Source of the DNA: Gemmatimonadales bacterium
GTDB lineage: Bacteria; Gemmatimonadota; Gemmatimonadetes; Gemmatimonadales; GWC2-71-9
DNA: 64,000 bases
NCBI GenBank assembly: GCA_046260395.1
Contig: JBHEPH010000009.1
Location: forward strand, 5,520 to 69,519
Direction of reading: 5' to 3'
Every line of letters begins with the position of its first letter. Positions within the stretch are counted from its first letter, which is position 1. Under the pieces are notes generated by a model. It did no database searches, had not been told where the DNA came from, and saw only the letters and a program-made list of their open reading frames with translations. Made by a program: the position numbers and the translations under genes. This document shows, piece after piece, positions 59,192-64,000 of the stretch.

Positions 59192-62019
59192 TCCTCCGGT
59201 CTGGAAGATTCAGGGTACAGCGTCACCCGGACATGCCGGGCAGGGTTGAGGTAGCGTCGGGCCGCGTCGCGGACGCCCTCCGGCGCCAGTGCTCGTATCA
59301 GTCGCTCCTGCTGGGCCAGCGCTGCGGCCACCGACTCACCCTCGCGCGCTGTGGCCTCGAGCAGGGTGAGCCAGAACCGATTCTCGCGCATCGCCACCTC
59401 GCGCTCGCGCAGCCGCGTCTCGGTGATCCGCGCCACCTCGTCCGCCGCGGCCCCGTCCTGCTTGAGCCGCTCGATCTCCTCGAAGACGACACCGGCCAGG
59501 CTGTCCACCCGTGCCGGGTCGGCGCCGTACTGAATCGTGAACGAGTACTCCTCCCGCGGGTAACGGCTGGTGCTTGCCCCCACCGACACGCCGTAGGTGC
59601 CGCCGAGCGCCTCCCGGAGCGCGTCGCGCAGGCGCACCGTCAGCACCTCGCGCACCGCATCGAGCGCGAAGCGCTCGGCGCGGGTGTACGCGATCGGGCC
59701 GTGGAAGATGATGCTGGTCTGGCTCCGGGGCTCGATGCCGCGGTACACCTGGCGCTCCACCACGCCGTCGGGGCGATGTATGCCGAGATCGCGCCAGCCG
59801 CCCGCGTGCGAGTCACCAGGCAGCCCGCCAATCCATCGGGCCACCAACGGCCGGAGCGTCTCCGGATCCACGCGGCCCACGAACAGAAAGGTCATCCCCG
59901 CCGCGTTCGCGAAGCGATCGCGGTAGAAGGCGATCGCCTCGCCGAGGTCCAGCTCTGGCAGCCGGTCGGCGGTGATCGGCAGGGAGAGCGGATGGTGCTG
60001 GCCCAGCACGACCTGCAGGGTGTCCTGGAACGCCGCCTCAGGGCTGGTACCGCGGTTTTCGATGAAGGCTCGCACCTGGCCGGCAAAGGCCTGAAAGGCG
60101 GTGGTATCGGCGCGCGGCTCGGTGCTGTAGAGCCAGAGCAACTGGAAGAACTCCTCCAGATCGTCAGGCGCCACGGAGCCACTGAACCCCTGGTCGATCA
60201 TTCCAATGCTCGGGGTGATCTCCGCCGTGCTGCCGGCCAGCACCTTCTGCAGGTCGGTGGCGCTGAAACGCCCCACGCCGCCCTGCATCGGCACCACGGC
60301 GGCAAACTGGTGACTGAGCCGCTCCGGGGTGTCACTGCGCGACAGTCCGCCCAGGCTGAATGCGGTCATCAGGACCTGGTCATCACGGAAGGCGGTCGGC
60401 TTGACGAGCACCCGGGCACCGTTTGAAAGCGTCCAGTCATGGATGCCGAGGGCGGTGTCCACCACCTCGCGCACGATGTGCCCACCGGTCGGGGGCACGG
60501 CCACCAACGGCGCGTCATCGACCGCCTCGGTGTAGGCGGCCAGCTCGGTGGCGCGCACCGCGGCAAACAACGCCAGCAGCTCGGCTGCTTCGGGGGGAGC
60601 ACGGTCCGGCTTTTCCGGCGCACCAACCAGCACGACCGGTGTCCCCGGCAGCACCTGCTCCCGCGCGGCGGTGTTCACCTCGTCCAGCGAGATGACCGGC
60701 AGCAGCTGCTGGGTGGCCTGGTACCGCCACTCGATGGACGGTGCCGAGTGCCCCAGCAGGAAGTGGTTGACGTAGGCCCCCGCGAACTCCGCATGCTGGC
60801 GCTGGGCCCGCTCGGTGTGCATCCGCTCCACGCCGCGCAGCATGTCCGCCCGGGCGCGGTCCAGCTCACCCGGCGTGAGTCCGTGGCGCCGCAGCCGCTC
60901 CGCCTCGACGAGCAGCGCCTCCATGCCGCGCACGGCGCCGCCCTCGGGAACCACCGCACTCAGGGCCCAGGCATCGGCGGTGGCCACCAGCGGGGTGCGC
61001 CCGCCGCCCGCGCCCAGGAACGGCGGGTCCGCCTGCTGCGCGAGTTCACCGTACCGGCTGTTGAGCGCCCGGGCCACGATCTGGTTCACGAGAGACTGGC
61101 GCCATTCCCCCACCGTTCGGCTGACCTGGACGGGCAGCAGGGTAAGAATGCCGACCGAAGTCGTCTGGGCCTCCGGATCGGTGGCAATGGCCGTGCGCGG
61201 AGCCGACGCGGGTTCGACGGGAAAGGCGGGACGCACCGTGGGACTGGCCGGCTGGGCCAGGCGCCCGAAGTGTTCCCGAATCAGCGCCTCGATCGCCGCG
61301 GGGTCGAAGTCGCCCACCGCCACGACGGCCATGAGGTCCGGCCGGTACCAGTCCTGGTAGAAGCGGACCAGCGAGGCGGAATCGGCGCGCTGCAGGGACT
61401 CCAGTGTGCCGATCGGCAGCCTGGTGGCGTAGCGGGACTCCCCGAAGATCGCCGGCCACTGGGCATCCTGGATGCGCTGGTCGGCGCCGCGGCGGCTGCG
61501 CCATTCCTCGATCACGACGCCGCGCTCGCGCTCCACCTCTTCCTGCTCGAATCGAATCCCGTGGGCCCAGTCCTCCAGGATCTGAAAGGCGGTGCGCACC
61601 ACCGGCGCGCTGTCGGTGGGCACCTGCAGCAGGTAGACCGTCTCGTCAAAACTGGTGTAGGCATTCAGGTCGGCACCGAACCGCATGCCGATCGATTCGA
61701 GGTACCGGATCAGCGCCTGCTTCTCGAAGTGGCGCGTGCCATTGAACGCCATGTGCTCGACGTAGTGCGCCAAGCCGAGCTGGCTGTCCGTTTCAAGCAC
61801 GGAGCCGGCACGGATGACCAGGCGCAGCTCCGCGCGGTTGACCGGTCGGCCGTTCTGGCGGATGTAATAGGTCAGGCCGTTCGGCAGCACGCCGGTGACG
61901 ACCGCCGGATCGAGCGGGATGGGTGCGGCGGCGTCCTGCCCGGGCAGGGGAGCCGCGATGACGACCATCAGCGCCGCCGCCCACGTCGTGGCCCGCCGGA
62001 ACTGGCTCGCCGCAGTCAT
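59188..62019 (-). CDS. M16 (PqqL/insulinase-like) zinc protease, secreted
   Basis: LPNGLTYY, GLAHYVEHMAFNG, NAYTSFDET and LREALGGTYG motifs. Confidence 0.95.
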   Translation of the reverse strand: MTAASQFRRATTWAAALMVVIAAPLPGQDAAAPIPLDPAVVTGVLPNGLTYYIRQNGRPVNRAELRLVIRAGSVLETDSQLGLAHYVEHMAFNGTRHFEKQALIRYLESIGMRFGADLNAYTSFDETVYLLQVPTDSAPVVRTAFQILEDWAHGIRFEQEEVERERGVVIEEWRSRRGADQRIQDAQWPAIFGESRYATRLPIGTLESLQRADSASLVRFYQDWYRPDLMAVVAVGDFDPAAIEALIREHFGRLAQPASPTVRPAFPVEPASAPRTAIATDPEAQTTSVGILTLLPVQVSRTVGEWRQSLVNQIVARALNSRYGELAQQADPPFLGAGGGRTPLVATADAWALSAVVPEGGAVRGMEALLVEAERLRRHGLTPGELDRARADMLRGVERMHTERAQRQHAEFAGAYVNHFLLGHSAPSIEWRYQATQQLLPVISLDEVNTAAREQVLPGTPVVLVGAPEKPDRAPPEAAELLALFAAVRATELAAYTEAVDDAPLVAVPPTGGHIVREVVDTALGIHDWTLSNGARVLVKPTAFRDDQVLMTAFSLGGLSRSDTPERLSHQFAAVVPMQGGVGRFSATDLQKVLAGSTAEITPSIGMIDQGFSGSVAPDDLEEFFQLLWLYSTEPRADTTAFQAFAGQVRAFIENRGTSPEAAFQDTLQVVLGQHHPLSLPITADRLPELDLGEAIAFYRDRFANAAGMTFLFVGRVDPETLRPLVARWIGGLPGDSHAGGWRDLGIHRPDGVVERQVYRGIEPRSQTSIIFHGPIAYTRAERFALDAVREVLTVRLRDALREALGGTYGVSVGASTSRYPREEYSFTIQYGADPARVDSLAGVVFEEIERLKQDGAAADEVARITETRLREREVAMRENRFWLTLLEATAREGESVAAALAQQERLIRALAPEGVRDAARRYLNPARHVRVTLYPESSRPEE

Positions 62020-62528
62020 TCCGCGAGCCCCTGTGCCGCCTCCAGCGCCTCTCGCTCGCTGTCCTCCCGCCAAAGCGACCAGGCCAGCAGCATCGCGCCG
62101 CAGCAGACGCCGATATCTGCCACATTGAAGGTGTAGAACCGGGTGGCCCCGATGCCGATGTCAATGAAGTCCACCACACCGTGTGGCGAGCGGAGCCGGT
62201 CGTAGAGATTGCCCGCAGCGCCCCCCATCACCAGCCCGAGGGCCACCACCTTGAGCCTATCGGCGGGGGAGGCCTGGACCAGCAACCAGCCGAGCATGGC
62301 CATGATCCCCAGGCCAACGACGGTAAAGAAGACGCGGGAATGCTCGCCGACCGACATCCCCAGCGCGGCGCCGGGGTTGTAAGCCAGCGTGAAACGCACC
62401 ACCTCACCCACCACCTCGTGGGGCACGTACGGCACCGCGAGGTGGGTCTCGACCAGTTCCTTAGTGGTGCAGTCGGTCAGGAGCAGCACCAGGAACAGCG
62501 GGGCGAAGAGGCGCAGTTTCTGGTTCAT
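62016..62528 (-). CDS. lspA: Lipoprotein signal peptidase II
   Basis: NPGAALG, GGAAGNLYDR, VVDFID and FNVAD motifs. Confidence 0.96.
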   Translation of the reverse strand: MNQKLRLFAPLFLVLLLTDCTTKELVETHLAVPYVPHEVVGEVVRFTLAYNPGAALGMSVGEHSRVFFTVVGLGIMAMLGWLLVQASPADRLKVVALGLVMGGAAGNLYDRLRSPHGVVDFIDIGIGATRFYTFNVADIGVCCGAMLLAWSLWREDSEREALEAAQGLAE

Positions 62529-64000
62529 GGCCTGGGTGGATAGACGATGCCGAGCTGCTCGAGATAGGTCCGATAGCGGGCCGGGTCGTAGTAGAACTGC
62601 CGCAGCTGATCCTTGTATCGGCCCATGATGCCGGCGTTGAACTCGACCGGCGGGTGGTCCTCGGCTCGCAGCAGGGAGACGTACTGCTGGTCCTTCGTCT
62701 GGACGTCGCGGAAATACGTCCAGGCGCTGGTCCCGAGCGCGGGCGTCCCCAGCAGGTCCAGCACGGTCATGGCCACGACCTTGGCTCCGGCCACCGCGCC
62801 CTTGTGGGCCACCGGGGTGGCACTGGCCACGCCGGCCGACCAGTGATGGCCGGGGCCCGCGCCCACGTTGGCGGGGTAGCGCAGGGTGACGGTGGGCACC
62901 ACCCAGGAGATGTCGCCAATGTCGTCGGAACCACCGCCGCGGTTCTGGTTGTCGGGCACCGGACCGCCGAGCTCGCCCACCTCGGTGCTCAGCCCCCGCG
63001 GGTCCTCGCTCCCCATCGAGCGCTGCAGTGCGCGGGCAAACGCCTGGTCCGCCTCATCCCACGTCGGCATCCCCACGCGGTCGATGTTCTTCTGCATCGC
63101 CTCGGCGATGGGGCGATTGAAATGCCGGGGCCAGGCGGTACCGAGGATGCGGATGCCGGTCAGCTCGGTGCCGGTCATGGCGGCGGCGGACTTGGCGATC
63201 GTCTCCCCGATGTCGAACAGCTCCTTGATGCGCGGGTAGGTTGTTTCGCGCAGGTAGTACCAGACCGAGGCGGTGCGCGGCACGACGTTCGGCTGGTCGC
63301 CGCCGTCGCGGATCACGTAGTGGATCCGAGTCTGCTGGCGCAGATGCTCACGCCGGAAGTTCCACGCCACGTTCATCAACTCCACGGCGTCCAACGCACT
63401 GCGCCCGCCCCAAGGTGCACCCGCCGAGTGGGCCGTTTCGCCGGTGAATGAGTATTCCACGCTCACGAGGCCCGTGCCGGCGGCCTCGCCCCAGGTGACC
63501 CCCATGCCGCTGGAGACGTGGGTGAAGATGACGGCGTCCACGTCCTTGAACACCCCGGCGCGCACGAAGTACGCCTTGCCGCCCAGGATCTCCTCGGCCA
63601 CCCCCGGCCAGACCAGCAGCGTGCCGGGGATGTTGTCGCGCTGCATCAGTTCCTTCAGAACGATCGCGGAGGCCACGATCTGGGGCATCCCGGTGTTGTG
63701 GCCTTCGCCGTGTCCGGGGCCGCCGGGCACGATCGGATCGTGGGTCACGATGCCGGGTTTCTGGGAGGACTGCGGGATCCCGTCAATGTCGGAGCCGAGC
63801 CCGATGACCGGCTTGCCGCTGCCCCAGGTGGCCGTCCACCCGGACGGCATGCCGGCCACGTTCTCGGTGATCGTGAAGCCGTGCTCGCGGAGAATGCCGG
63901 TCAGGTAGCGCTTGGTCTCATGCTCCTGGAAGCCGAGCTCGCTGAAGGAGAAGAGCATGTCCACGCCTTCCTGGATCATCTTGGCGCGGGCGTCGATCAT
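62525..64000 (-). CDS. M20 amidohydrolase, AbgB-like (5' end outside the window)
   Basis: SELGFQE, GHGEGHN, PGVAEE, AHSAGAPW.GRSALDA and GGSDDIGDISW motifs. Confidence 0.92.
   Translation of the reverse strand: MIDARAKMIQEGVDMLFSFSELGFQEHETKRYLTGILREHGFTITENVAGMPSGWTATWGSGKPVIGLGSDIDGIPQSSQKPGIVTHDPIVPGGPGHGEGHNTGMPQIVASAIVLKELMQRDNIPGTLLVWPGVAEEILGGKAYFVRAGVFKDVDAVIFTHVSSGMGVTWGEAAGTGLVSVEYSFTGETAHSAGAPWGGRSALDAVELMNVAWNFRREHLRQQTRIHYVIRDGGDQPNVVPRTASVWYYLRETTYPRIKELFDIGETIAKSAAAMTGTELTGIRILGTAWPRHFNRPIAEAMQKNIDRVGMPTWDEADQAFARALQRSMGSEDPRGLSTEVGELGGPVPDNQNRGGGSDDIGDISWVVPTVTLRYPANVGAGPGHHWSAGVASATPVAHKGAVAGAKVVAMTVLDLLGTPALGTSAWTYFRDVQTKDQQYVSLLRAEDHPPVEFNAGIMGRYKDQLRQFYYDPARYRTYLEQLGIVYPPRP

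Overview
High-GC bacterial chromosomal window (roughly 70% by eye). The gene content is typical of Gemmatimonadota (inference), and most genes are on the minus strand. The dominant feature is an expanded family of eight co-oriented receptor-type Ser/Thr (Hanks) kinases (K1-K8), each built as kinase - TM helix - TolB/PD40-like beta-propeller, plus a 5' remnant of a ninth. The kinase domains are highly similar and mosaic, while the propellers are divergent. Three kinases sit directly downstream of a two-gene 'small ORF + nucleotidyltransferase' module. One 1.65-kb block (phd-vapC plus a small ORF/NTase pair) is bracketed by an 82-bp direct repeat made of a kinase leader and 5' end. The rest of the window holds many secreted or periplasmic hydrolases (tricorn S41, M16, M20, amidase, amidohydrolase, beta-lactamase-like), a second VapC/RHH pair, solA, a PQQ quinohemoprotein, thiC with a TPP riboswitch, a membrane-anchored BTAD regulator beside TolB-like genes, lspA, heptamer tandem repeats and a GTAG-type REP palindrome. 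No rRNA, tRNA, CRISPR array, integrase, transposase or reverse transcriptase was recognised. Alignments and counts were done by hand.
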